Part shown: piece by piece, positions 41,894 to 55,700 of the stretch
How the letters are laid out: each line of letters opens with the position of its first letter
Position numbering within the stretch: the stretch's first letter is position 1
Assembly (NCBI RefSeq): GCF_964204645.1
Contig: NC_134030.1
Span: forward strand, 5,560,778-5,624,777
DNA length: 64,000 nucleotides
Direction of reading: 5' to 3'
Source: Tubulanus polymorphus
Lineage: Eukaryota > Animalia > Nemertea
Position numbers and translations under genes: made by a program
The notes under the pieces: generated by a model
Database searches by the model: none
Told to the model about the DNA's origin: nothing
The model's input: only the letters and a program-made list of their open reading frames with translations

Positions 41894-43060
41894 ATACACA
41901 CTCACACCAGCTATTTACTGCTTAATCTGGAAAGTGGATCGGACACAAAAGATGTCCGATTTGACCGATCTGGACAAGCATGTCTATTTGTCGTCGGTTC
42001 GTAAGACGAGGATGGTCGCCATTGTTGAGTCGCATCGTTGTCTTGTAAAAATTAAAGTGGTTCGGCCGTTATTGTGTCAGACAAATTGAAGTACATCGAA
42101 TCCATCCGTCAGCGCTGTAGCTATTCCAAGTATAATATGGCTTATCCTTTATGTCAATTAGTGATGGACACGAAGGTCGGGTATAAACGGTCCTTTCGAA
42201 GAAACCGCCAACAGTGACTTTGCCTATGCACACTTCGTGTATATCATACGCTTAGATACGAATTGGTTGAATTTAGAATTTAAGATATCTCGCGGGAAAT
42301 GCAATAAAAAAGCAATAAGCGCCATTAATTTAGCATATCTTTAAGTCCCCGCACGAGAGAAAGACTACGTTTTTGGTTTAAGCTATAGGCATTAGGCATT
42401 TAGGTAAACATGTTGTATGAAGTCATTAACTTGTATAACATGAAATACCATGTTTTTTGCTACGATTAAATGTATTCACACGAACCGTCAATATGCAACT
42501 CGCGTCAACTTTGGTGGAAAATAGGTCTGCTGTACATGTACATATACAGTGTATTTGCACCACCTTTCCTTTAGAAAATGTAAACATATCAAAGAGTAAG
42601 ATTAATGGGTACACGGTCAGTTATTCATTCACATTTTTCTCATTTTTACCGACAAGATCTTTATATATATGTATATAAATATACGGTATATTTCTATGAG
42701 ATATTCGCGAGATTCTCTGTGGAAATACGGTATTTGTAATGTATTTGTATCGTCTAAATTAAACAGGGTTCGTAGTGCAAATGACTGAATGAAAAATAAA
42801 TGAATGATTAAAAATCTGTGTATATTTGGAGGATCTCTGCAGGCATTTTGATGATGGTAGAATGTAGCACGATTAATAATACACGCATATTATATATCTG
42901 TATATTATTATTGATGTATTGCGTTTATGTACAATATTGAAACCGTATTTGTAAATAATTTAACACTCATGATTTAGTCACGTGACCACCGAGATTAGAA
43001 TGGAAGAGCATACCGTTTTATTTATTAAAAGAAAAGATTAAAATTCGAAAATATCTAAAA
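41894..43060 (+). other. Putative Hox2 3' UTR and polyadenylation region
   Basis: AT-rich. AATAAA at 42303 and 42795; ATTAAA at 43024 and 43037 followed by a U/GU-rich tract at 43061-43090. TGTAHATA at 42537, 42670 and 42950. Confidence 0.55.
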
Positions 43061-45139
43061 TTCTGACTTGTCTTTTTTTGGTTTTTTATCAGTCGCCACG
43101 TTCGCGTATACATTGGAAACGGATGTAAACAAAACGTAACCGGTATCTATGGACTCGCTTGCCAGCGGCTGGTACGTGTTCGTTGGTTTTCTCAGCCACT
43201 CGCTTTTATACGATCCTCTCGTAGAGTAAACGATTTTAATTATTTCGGTTTCAAACCTTTTAATTATGCCTACTTCAATCAGCCGCCATTGCCGCTGCAG
43301 CCATCAGTCTCTGAATGTTCGGCTGTAAACTAGGCGTGACAGGTTTCGTAATTGAAACTCGTTTGTTTGTACGTCGCTGTTTTAGAACTCGGATTAAATA
43401 ACGAAATCCGGATGAAAGCGACCATAAACAGAAACCGGAGATTGTCAAACACGACGACAGGTAAATCCTTGGTCTAGTTAATCAGCTGTCAGTTTTTCTC
43501 CCGCTGATATTGTAAATATTATCGAACTGAGAGGTAAGCAGGAGAGCGTATAAGAAAGTTGTCTTCGCCGGTTAAAGGTTTCATCAGCTGTTAAATGTTT
43601 AACAATCCGGAAAATGAGTCAAATAAATCCTCGATTTGAAAATAGAAATATGGCGAATTTTTCTTTACGAATATGAACACACATGTAATTTAGGTGTATT
43701 GATTCTGGGGCCCGCCTGTTCCGAATTAGGACTTGCAGCACATGTTATTTGAATGAAATTGCAATTGTTCTGCTATGTATCACATTGCAAAAGTCGGTGG
43801 GTCGGGCGTCAGTTGTTGACCGATTTATTTCCTTTTGTTTTTTTTTCTAATACAAACATACCCATGTCGATATCATAATATGTGAGCAGCAACTGAGCTT
43901 ACGTAGTTCCTGCTTGGAAAAAAATCGTTCCCTAATCACCCGTGCACCCTACACAACCGAAATCCAAGATGATTTGTTTGAGGGTGGCTTCATGGGGCGA
44001 CGAAAAATGTCAATTCCGATCATTAGATGCCTTTCTGATGTCGTTAATCATTTCTATGACTGTCTCGAGAAATATCTGCAGGGAAGTCCACTCGTACAAA
44101 GCGTTATGAAATACCATCGTAAACGAACGAATGTCGTAAGCAGCAGCAGTAAGAGTGAACTAGTGAAAGCTTAGAGCGTATTTTTCTAATAAAAAGTACA
44201 GCCTTTATTTTCTAATGGTTATGCATTCATACGAACATTAAATATTCACATTCTACTCACATATATAACAATTAAATCATTTGACAGCTTGATAGCGTTA
44301 TTCTGTATATCTTCAATTTCACCTGAAAGTAAATAAGAAATATTTGCATCAAATTACACGTTTGACTTTTCCAACAATTACTTCTCGTGAACAGATAAAA
44401 TACAGTTTTATTATGAGCGCCTGTTTTCGACCCAATATGAATTGCCGTCGTTATTTGCTGTCTTGTCGTTGCAATTTGTATCCGACCTCGGGAAATTTAT
44501 CAATACGAAAAATTGAGCGTGTGGTTGCGGGCGTCACGAATTTGCGCGAGATAATTATTTTGTTACGATATCGATGTGTATAAGTTGGACAGCGATCAAA
44601 AACACGAACGTTCTCTTTCCCGGGCGGGTATTACTTATCGTACCATGGCCGTCTTATAAATTGGTTTACTCATGGAAATATATCGACCAACGGAAGCAAT
44701 TATGTAATCAAGGAAAGGTCTCTGCGCCTGGTGGCTTGTGACAAATAGCGAGGGATTTCGTCCGATTACCCGGCATAATTGGATGCACGATGCGCATGGC
44801 TGACTCATCTATTGATTATAAAAAAGAAATTTGCCCACGCATTAAAGATCATTTTTATGGTGCCCGAGTCCGGGCGTTGTCGCACTGGGAGTTTCTGGCC
44901 GATGGCGACACCGTGCGACGAATATCATAACTAAAATAGACGAAAGGATAAGCCTTTTTTGATAGAACTTATATCGTGTATTTAATTAACAGGTGTTCAA
45001 CACGTATTTGACTCGATATTATATATAATTGAAACCGTGAAAAGGAAATAAATGAAAATAGAAATAGAAGAACTTAAAACCTGTAATTTCTATTCGGCAA
45101 CATCCTGGCTGATGCGTGCACTGTGGATATATGGGCGTT

Positions 45140-45290
45140 TGTCAAAGTGCTGTCAATCAAAAGTTATTCCGAATCATAAATGACTGTCATTCCTGACCTG
45201 TCAATCAAAACTTTCTCTTCCGGTTGAATACCATCATAAACGTCGTAATGGCCGCCGTGTCACAATGGTAAACTGTCACATGTCAGTAGC
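45140..45290. promoter_or_regulatory. Candidate TALE (Pbx/Meis)-Hox enhancer between Hox2 and Hox1
   Basis: Two exact CTGTCAATCA (= TGATTGACAG) at 45150 and 45198, five more TGTCA cores, and two TCATAAA within 150 bp. Confidence 0.6.
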
Positions 45291-48200
45291 GATTGTCGGT
45301 AAAAAGAGCGGTTTTATTTGATCTGAGCGGCAACTGTTTTCCTGTATTTAACTCCTCTGATTCGGCCTGTATGATACAAATTAAACCGTCAAAAGTCAGC
45401 GCCGGATAATATTAATACAGCGCCGATGACACAATATGCAGCTTTCAAAAGTTTAAACACCGTTATTACTGCCAACCGGATGCGCGTCAGCATTTCGCAT
45501 TTATGCAAACCGTTTTTACCAGATTTGAATTAATACCATCCGAGTTTGAAACGTTACAATATGCATTATCGAGTTTTCAATCCTCTAATGGAAATATTTC
45601 CCGCGGATGAAAGTTCGTTTTGTTCATTAGAAACTGTATTAATGATATCGAGTTTTGCATCATTTTAATGCTTCAATTAGCTAAGTATTTAAAAAGGTCG
45701 TTTCACTTTCCGATATTATCCGTGTAAGTAAAAAGGAATACGTTTTTGTCGGAGCGCCATACGCATTGAAAACTATCCAATCGTTTTTGAATTTGAACCC
45801 TGTCAATTTACGGAACCCGCGCCGAGCGATTCGCATTTGTATCAGCGCCTGATTTTCATTGAGTTGTTTATACCGGCTCGCTTGGCTGATCCGCAAACCA
45901 GCCAGCGCTTTGATCTCACCGCCGAACCTGTACTGCGCATGCTCTAATCAGAATGACTGATGGATTCTTGATTGGCTTCGATCGGAGCAAAAATTTCCAA
46001 ATTGATTTAAAAAAGAATCGAACGTGACGCATATATTCTCCTCAGCGAGAATGTCCGTGTTTGGTGTTGTCAAATTACATTAGTTTCTTTGGCGAATTTA
46101 TGAACGAATGATTCATAACCAAGCTTAACGTAAATTTATTTATGATTCACTCCATCAATAAAATGATTTTGCTAAAAAGAGGTTCCAAACGCCTGACTGG
46201 GCCGTTTTGTGGTGTCCAGTGCTACTATGTGAAAGTCAAATGTTCACTCAGTTTCAAAATTGAAAAACTAAATACTATCTTTTCAACAAATTTTGTAGCT
46301 AGGATGATGAGGCGTTTGTTTTGACTCGCGAGGTTGAATCAACGAATAGTTCTAGAACAAGTTTCCGGACATGTCGAGGATCTTACCGTCGAGATGTATA
46401 TGATAATTTTCCAGTACATCGACTTCGGCGTTTATGAATCATTTTACTGGCGTTCATGAGTTCCGTGGTCAGTGCGGTGATTATTCATCCTTATGTTGGG
46501 TCAAATTATGGATTTCTACATGGCGTAATAACCGCCGTCGGATTTTCTATTAGATTCCCTTGGACTGTGAAATAACGATATGACAGCATCAATGGGAATG
46601 CTGGCACATGAAAATACAATAAAACCCGTCCAGGAATCCGGGCTCGTTATTCTGTAATCGGGATCGGATCAACTCATGAATATGATTTCGGAAATGTAAT
46701 CTGCAGATATGTTTGCGGGAGAGACGGTGAGAGTGACGTCCTGATATACAGACGTTCGCCAGTCAATTTAGCGCGTAACCGAGACGTCTGGCGAAGATAT
46801 TGCCAAATGAAAACCTATGCCGCGGGAGAGGGGGACAATCTATACGAAAACTACCAGCAATTATCTCTATTATCGTTGAGATGATAATTGCTCGTAGATG
46901 AAACATAACAAACTGCAGGCGCGATCGTGACCGCGGTACCTGAAACGTGACGCCCGCTGCAATAATCTAATATTGTTGATAACGTTTTAAAACAGCGACC
47001 GGTTTAATTCTTCTTACCGGCTGAAATTAAAATGCAAATGTGATTAAATTTCGTCTGACGAGTATAAACTGCACCACGTCGCATCGTGTGTCATTGCGAC
47101 GATCCTTTTATCGTAAATATGCAACGTCGACACCGGATTTCATTTTACGTGAATGAGTCTTTATCAGAATGGCGATCGTAAACTATGGAAAATCGACAAA
47201 ATTGTCTAATCCGGTTACGGAACGGAATTTCGTTTTATTGGGAGCGCTGTCTATACGGCACAAAAGAAGCCGCTTAAATAGAGACAATGTGAAAAATCCT
47301 TTTGTCTAGCGATAACGATGCAACTGTTTAGCGACCTGCTCGCGTTGTCGTATCCCCTATACCTGATACGGCGTAACGAGAATGACAGCTCGTGCGCGGA
47401 TTTTCGATTCAAACGAATTTCTTTTACGGCGGAAGAATTAATTTCAAGGCCGTGAAAAGAAACACAGATTGAGTGTGATTGAGCGATCGACGAGAAGACC
47501 TTCGAAATAATCGCGACAATCTCGTCGAAATGTATCATTCTGCCCCCGGTAAAAAAAATGATATAAAATTGCTGTTTCGAAACTCATTAAATTGTCGTTC
47601 GGTCCACGGGGTAACATTGAGGTTCACTTGTATCGAGTTTAAAACGAATTAAATGTGCGCGCAATGTGTTTGAAATGATTCTGATATTCACCGCCGAAGA
47701 GAAATTGAATTCTCGTATCATAGTATTTTCTCGAACTGATGACGGATGAGGTGCCAAACTTCGCGTGACGAGGGGAACTCCACGCGAGACTTCACCGGAC
47801 AAACGTCACCGTCGTTAATAAATGCAATGCATCAGACAATTCGTCGAAATTAATAATTACAGATACTGAAATAAGAAGAACTGCGTGGACTTGTGTGATA
47901 CGTGTAGTTTGACAGTCCACGACCGTGCGTTACTGCTGCTGTTCTCGTGCTGTAGTGTGTATTTATTATAATAACGTAACGGAGACGACGATTGTGAAAA
48001 GTGGAGATTTCAAAATGAAAAACGATCGCCCGATCGGCTGCAGCGGCCGCTGTCGATGATCGCGTGATGATAGATAATTAAAAACGATTCAGACACACAC
48101 TTGATGATGATATGGAAATGACGAAAGAAGCGAAACGAACGAGATACATGTTGAGAAGCGAGAGAAAGAGGGAAGTCTCGAAAGACCAACTAGACGAGGA

Positions 48201-51200
48201 AGCTCTATAGCGTAGATGTTTTCAACCGCTTACTTATTGTGTTTATTTACCTGAATGAATGCCAGTAAACATTATGGATGCAGCTTTACAGATGTAGATA
48301 GACTTCGGAAATGGCATTGATATGTAATACGGGTTTTATATAAGGATTGTAATCTGTTTATCTTATATACGCTCATCTCAGTATTTTCAGAGCCAACACC
48401 CCTTACTCACTTTCACCCAAGCTATACAATAAACTCATGCTACTCATTGATATACTTGAATTACGGTTTGTGGAATTAGTAAAAGGTTTCTGTCAAGCTC
48501 TAATGATCCCCAGCATTACTGAGTGCTTCGACTAAACGTTTAATGTTCATAGATGTATATATCGTATCAGATTATTAATTTCCATATCGTTGCAATCAGG
48601 CGTTTATGAGGATGAAGCCAAGGTTAAAAAATAGTCGAAATGTTATTTCGTCATTACCATTATTTCAGTCGGATTATCCATCATGATATACGCATGATTG
48701 TCAGTTCTTTCATGCAAGGCCCCGCGTAGAATTGAACGTCCTATTTATAGTCGATCTAGTAAAGGACTTAAAAAAACTTTAATTGGTTGGAAGTTCTAAT
48801 TAAATGACGTCATCGGTGAGTGAATACGGGAGGGGATGGCAGGTCGTCATTCGATTGGATCTATAGTTCAAATCTGAATTTGAATTCTCTGCTGACCTTT
48901 TTTCATCAAAGGGATGACATTTATAATTCGGAGTTTGACAATTGCGGCATGCTTTTGAAACTGCCGACGTGAGCCTTCGCGATCGGAGATTGTATTTGAA
49001 TTCCCTAGTTAATTATAGTTGGGTAACTCGGCGGTGCCTGTGGTGTATATTCGCTATATCATCGGGTTTGAAATTAAAATTATGTGATTATGAACGGGGA
49101 AACGTCTGATTGGAAAGGTCGATACGATATCTGCAATATTCATGGCGTTTTTATCAATTTTGTATCAATCAAACCGTTCCTTGTTCGAGCTTTGAAAATT
49201 AATCCCGTACGCTGGGGACCAGGTCGGATGAAAATTTATACCAAATGGAATTCAAATGTTCGCCTGACGACAGAAAAACAATCTGCGAGCTTTCGCATTC
49301 ATGACAAAGGCAGAGCGAAGGGATCTGGCCTGCATCTACATTTCAAAAGGCAGGCTGATCAAAATGGAGGCTATTTGCATTTTTTCCGTATTCATGTGTC
49401 CATCGCTTTGTTGAAATTTGCCTAAATCTTCGCCGATAGACTGGATAGGTAAACACATCCAACTCTCTCAATGACTGTTATGTTTGACAGAGCTGTATTA
49501 GAAAAAAGAACTGTTTTGTTTTTTTTTTGCAGAATGATCCTCGCAAAGATTTGGTTTGGAATTGCGACTGAGAAATTAGGTCGTCGCGGCAACTTTGTAT
49601 CGAATCAGCGACGAGTTTTTAAAATTCCGCAGGCGCTGCTAGACATCGGGCTTGTAATTACTGTCCTTGTTGAGCCTCTATAAGCCTCGTGAGTCAGTTC
49701 GTTCGCCGGCCCGAAGGACTGATCCCACTACTACGCCTCCCGCTTTGCGCGTTAGTCACCCGGCAGACCATCAGCGCCGATAAACGGTTTCAATATATTG
49801 GAAAAGCTGAAATGAAATGCTGATCGTAAAAGTTCATTGTGATGCCGCGTCAACTGAGTATTGACACCGGTATCCGATGTATCAATATTATTATTGCTTG
49901 ACGGAGTCAGTGACTTGAATAACTAACTAGAAACATAATTATGAATGGGAAACATGTGGGTAACCGAAGATTGAATGTCCCTTTGGGAACTGGCGGGGAG
50001 TATGTGTGATGACGCGTTGTACTAGGTTATGTTTAGAGACTCGCTTAGAAGTTCCCTTCGGTGTCGACACCGCGTCGATGTTGTGCATACTTAAGTGAAT
50101 ATTTGATGAAATAGATTTGAATATTCTCTCCTTCTTCATTCGGGATGTGCTAAAATATTTGTTTATCCGAAAAAAGGTGTCCGATATACAAATTCGGCGC
50201 GACCGTCCATACAATCACGACTTCTTTGAACTATATTCCCACGAAGTCGAGCTCGATCGCAGCGGTAAAACGTCGATGCCTTACCAATTTGACCCATACT
50301 TTGAAATTCGCTTATTGGTTCAATATCATCGTCTTCAATGCAATGTATACATACATAAATGCGATATGATCTCGTTGAATGCGGAGACGAGGAAATCGAA
50401 GCAATGCAATCAACTGAGTTATTGCGGATCTTGCATTGATCCAGGAGACTCGCGATTTGTGATCTTACCCATTTGCGGACAGTGATCTTTCCTAATCAAG
50501 TCAGCCGGCGATGTCCTTTGTATCGTGGGCCGAGCTTGAAATGATGTTTCCGTTGCGGTTCGTGAGCACGGCGACTGTAGCCATGATGTGGTCGCACCGT
50601 GGACTCTAAAACGTCCGTAGTTGTAGACACCGCTCACTGTTCCCTACAATATTTTGCCGGAGATTTTCTGTTATATTTTCAGTGCACCTTTACTTGTGGA
50701 ATTGATATATTGCCGAAGACATCAAGCTCGCTGGGTGACGTGTGGGAGAAATACAAAAATAATGCGTCCTTGGGAATGAATGAAACGGATGAATGGTTCG
50801 AATAAATGAAACATGAAAAAAAGAATTCAATCGTTCAGAATTTATGCAAAACAGCTCAACCCCGTTTCCAGAAACCGACGCCTTAATCGAATATGAACGA
50901 AACGAGCCATACTGTAAAATGATTAAATATATCATAATGAGTATCGGTTAGCTGTTCCGAGTTCCGTTATGAATACCTGTCCAGACTGATTATATCGTTG
51001 TAGGGAACGCTCGTGATCTGTCAAATGATTTCAAATTGAAAGTTTCAATTTCAACTCGAATCGTGAAGCATACAAGGCGTTCTGCATCAGGCGTTCATCG
51101 AAACTATGGGAAATTTAGATTCCGAACGTCAAAATCATTAAACTCGCCGCATCGCGTTTTTTGATTTGTTGGCTTGTGTTTTGTGACAGGTCAATTATTT

Positions 51201-52747
51201 TGAAAGTCATCGAACAAACGAGACTAGATGAATTGAAGTTAAACAAGGTGAAAAACGCTCCGGCGATTCGTCGCCATCCAGTTGCGTCGATTATCATACG
51301 CGTATCAGTCACTGGCAGACGAATGATACTGCAGATACGTTTTGAAGAAAAAAAACTAACTTGAAAGTTCATTGACGCCTTAAAAACTCATATGTGCTAA
51401 ATATTGTCCAAAATAAATAATGATGAATTATATGTGTTATTATATGTGGTTAAGGATCAATAAAGTTATTTTGGAATTAAATATCGATAATTGAATTAGA
51501 GTTGAATTAGAATTTACCAAAAATAAAATAAGAATTATGAAACATATCTAATTAGAAGATAAATGCTATAATTCACAATTGCGATACATTTCGAAACGCC
51601 AATACTGATGACGTAGTACACATCCACACACCAGAACGCAGGTATCAGTGTATATAAACATTATTGTAACGGTTTTTACGGCGTCAAAAAAAAACATGCT
51701 CTACCAGAGACAGAAGAATAAACGAAGTCGTGATGTGGCGAACTTTCGTAGCTCATTGGTGTTGAACGGCTCGTTGAGAATTCTTTTTTCCGTTAAAAAC
51801 TAGCGGCTCGGAGCTTTGGTTTTGATCCCACTATATTCACTTATCGTCTTTAAGGGCTAAAGCCAAACGAAATCTGCTGAAATGTGCGTGTTTCGGTTTG
51901 ATAACTCCTATTCTGACGTTTGTCACAAAGCCGACGCGAAAATGTTCGTGATTTTTTTACAATTTATTGTCGACGGGAATTGTTAATGTTTACAACGGTC
52001 TAGTAGCCGCCGATTGACAGCCATGTTCCCAGACGGGCACCGGGGCCTCGATTCGATGGTTGCCTCCGTGACAACATGAATATTGCACATTTTCTCGCGT
52101 ATTGCATCGCAAATAAAGCATCTTATAAACTGGACGGGTATTGAAACCATCGGAAAACCTCACCCTTCCCACGCATACAGTTTTAAGATGAGCATATGTT
52201 CGAGAATACATATTTTGATAAGATTTAAAAGATGAAATTCTATGGTTTTACAGTACAGTTTCGGCGAGCAATGTTCAAACTAATCTGGCTTTCATTTCAG
52301 AGAATTTGGAACATGCCAGAGCGATGATTGACCCATTACTCGGACCACCGGTATGTCGATGAGGTTTGAAGTCGGCTGTCACCGCTGTTTTTTGAAGCTT
52401 GACGAAGTCTGTGGCCCTCACAGACGCCGCTGTGTGCATTTTGTATAGTGGGGCTGGGGAACATATTACGGGCAACCTAAATTTGTAGTAAACGGAGCCG
52501 TCAAAAATGATGAACGAGCATCCGTGGAACAAAGAACGAACCGACTCTGAACTAAAACTAGGAATGCATACCAGATGCGGTCCTATCAGACAGAACAACA
52601 GAATCGCCAGTAATTTATAGGAAAATGATGAAAGCCGGTCGAAAATTGAAAAAAAAAGTTTCTATTTGCTACCACTTTCGAGTGAAATTGGAAAACCAAA
52701 TCTGTCGTGCCACGTCAACGCACTAAAAAGCGGCCATTACGTGCAAG

Positions 52748-52780
52748 CTATGGACTCTGAAACCCGTTTAGAGTCCATGT
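52748..52780. mobile_element. 33-bp palindromic micro-insertion with 6-bp flanking direct repeat
   Basis: TGCAAG-[ctatggactctgaaac cc gtttagagtccatgt]-TGCAAG. Confidence 0.55.
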
Positions 52781-55700
52781 TGCAAGTTCGACTATGAATC
52801 GACCATGTATGCCAGTTGTAGACCTATACATATGGGTTTGGTGTGAAATACAACAGAACGGTGTTTGCGTGCTAGTGCTTCCCGGTCACGAATCCCATAA
52901 AATCACGAGGCATCGACATATGTTATGAGGAATCCGATGCGTATTTGAAATTTTCTAAATTATACCCCGCGGGTGTAAAAGCGTTATATTTCCCCACGGG
53001 TGAATTGATGGTCAGTTTATTGCCGGGAATAAGTTCGCATGTCGGCTCGCTGTTAATGGTCGTCATTTGTGGTGCATTCTGTATCAATAAACAGCGCGGT
53101 AGTTGCGATATATTTGAATTATAAACAGCCAGCAGAATAATGTATTAAAAGTCTCGATTCGCATATATTTATTTGCTTTGTTCGGTTGTCAGTTTTTATA
53201 TCTTCATGTTCGTTGTTATACGCGCAATTTATATCAATGTTTGCTCAACGGTTGATAATGCGTGATTATGCGACACAGGAAATCGTGTTTTCGATAAAAC
53301 TGAGTCTAGATTTTTGACGATATGCGTCGTTTTATGTTGCCGAAAACTGTCATTCGAAAACACTCGCTATAAAGCGTTCAAGATAATAGCCGATTTCATA
53401 GGTTTTCGTTTTTAGTAATTCTCACGTTCGTTTAGTATTTCTGAAGACTCGCTCATATCAAGTCTTGTAGCAATATCAGAATATGATTCCAAGTACTCTC
53501 GAGTTCCGAATCCGCGTGGCCGAAAACGTTCGATTTAGAGACGTTTTCCTTGTTCGCCTGATATCCTATTAATCTCCTTCTCGCAGGTTCTTAGTTGACT
53601 CCTCGGCGCGAAACATCGCGACTTTGCCGAGGTAAAATAACAATATTCCGTTTTGCTTTTTGAATAAAAGTTGATCGGTGGCCCATTCAAAACGGAATAA
53701 TTACAAGCGCAGGATTGTGGCAGCCATTATGCAGATAAAATTGAATTCTTAACGGGCCAATGAATACGGAGGCTGACTTGAAAAGATATGCAATGAAACC
53801 CGTTGTCAGGGGCGCTAACTGAATCCATTGATACTATAATCGCTATTTTATTCAATAAAAGCCTTTAAAACGTCAGCAGGCCCTTTTAACGTACCGCCGT
53901 CAATGAACCGGGCCGTGCGCAACCACAATACTGAATTAATCACTACCAGCCACTGTTTTTAAACGCCGTCTCAGCATTTCATAAACGACCGACTTATATT
54001 CGTCAACCTTATTTTTAAGAACTGATTTTGTGAAGTTTACATTGTGTGAAAACCCGGCGCGCTGTCCGTAATTAATTGATTTTGTCCGTTGTGTTTTGAC
54101 AGTTTTCGCTCTACACGATCATAGACTAACGAAATATAGGCGTTACAGTGAAAAATAACGTATATTTACTCCTAATCCTTGATCTTGTATTTGTCTTCGG
54201 TGATGTCGAATTCGTTTTCATCGAATCGTCGCGCAAGTTTTAATCGAACAATCATTTCGAATGTCATGGTTTCTGTATTTCGACTTTGAAATTGAACGTC
54301 TCAAAGTTACAATCAATACCGTAACGCGTGTCAAAAATATAAAAAGGAGACCATTTCAAGGTAAGTGTATCTACGATGAAGCTATTTACTCGAATGTTTC
54401 TTTTCTAATTACATCAGTCGTAAGACTTCAGCACGCAGCTCCATCAACGTTTCTGCTATGTTTTTTTTTCATATCATCCGATCCGCGCTACAAATCGGAA
54501 ATCATTTTTTTCAAGGCAGCTATTTCCAGCGAAAGTAATTTCGTCACAAATAGCGCATAGGCATCATCGCGTTATCAGCCAACTGTTAATGAAAAAAAAA
54601 GTGTCAGTCGATAGTGCGTAGTCGAGATTTTTTTTTGATCTGAATGTCCGTCGCCTTGTTAACAACGTGACTAGATGATTATAGACATTGGATTAACACT
54701 GCTTGACAGAAATTACGAAGACGTCGCTTGTGTCAGGCTAGTGTTGGCACAAGAAAACGCCCAATTTGACCTATTTATAGTGCAAAAAATGTAGCGATCC
54801 GAGCTGGATGACGTTGTTATTAATTCCGACGATGACATCTTACTTCGATTATTATTACTCCGAAGCTTCGAAGAAAGTGATACCGTATTATATCCATCTT
54901 TCCGAGTCCTTGGCCGATACAACGCAGCATCTGCAATTAACGGCTGACGATGTAAAACGGTGCATTTTTATCTGTATAGGTCTCGGCGAATTGTCAATTT
55001 CCCAAATCATTATCCGCGTGCAAAGCGTCGAGATGCAACGTCGACGGGATCTTTTAGTATTTATGTATATTATCCACAAAATCCACAAAGCGATAAGTAC
55101 GCGAAGAAGTGTTCACAGGAAGATTTTCGCCGATGTGTCCCAGCGATGCGGACAGCGCCCTCGTAACGACGCACATGTGGTCGTATACCAGCAAAATGAA
55201 GTACCGGGTTTATTTTCATGGCCACCTAGGTCTCTAATGATGGGTCAATTTTAGGGTAGCGGGGTTAAATATAAACCGAAAACTTGAATAAAACAATCGT
55301 CGGTGTCAAATATCAATGATTGATGGTAGCCGATCTTCGTCGACAGAGGGCGACACCAGCGTTCTGTGTAACCTGAATAGAAGAAACTCGAAGATGCTAC
55401 CGGATCCTTATTTATATCGGGGTATCATTACTTCAAACTCAAAGCCTGGATGATCTCGGGTAATTCGATGAACTAATGTTGGGGATAATATATTTAGTTA
55501 CTGACTGGTCTGCTTATAATTGCCTGTTTACAATCAACAAACAGCGTGTAGACTCGTGGATACCCCGCTGGGTAAATTACTATAAAGTATTATCAACCAG
55601 CATGTGGGCAAATAAATACAGCAGCAGCCTGTTGGTTTGATTTGTCAGTTCCGTGTCGAACTACCAGGTGGCACGGCGATCGGCAGGCCTTGGAGGCTTT

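Noticed and set aside
55242-55258. GGGTCA-N5-AGGGTA as a DR5 retinoic acid response element upstream of Hox1
   Set aside because: The second half-site has two mismatches to RGKTCA.
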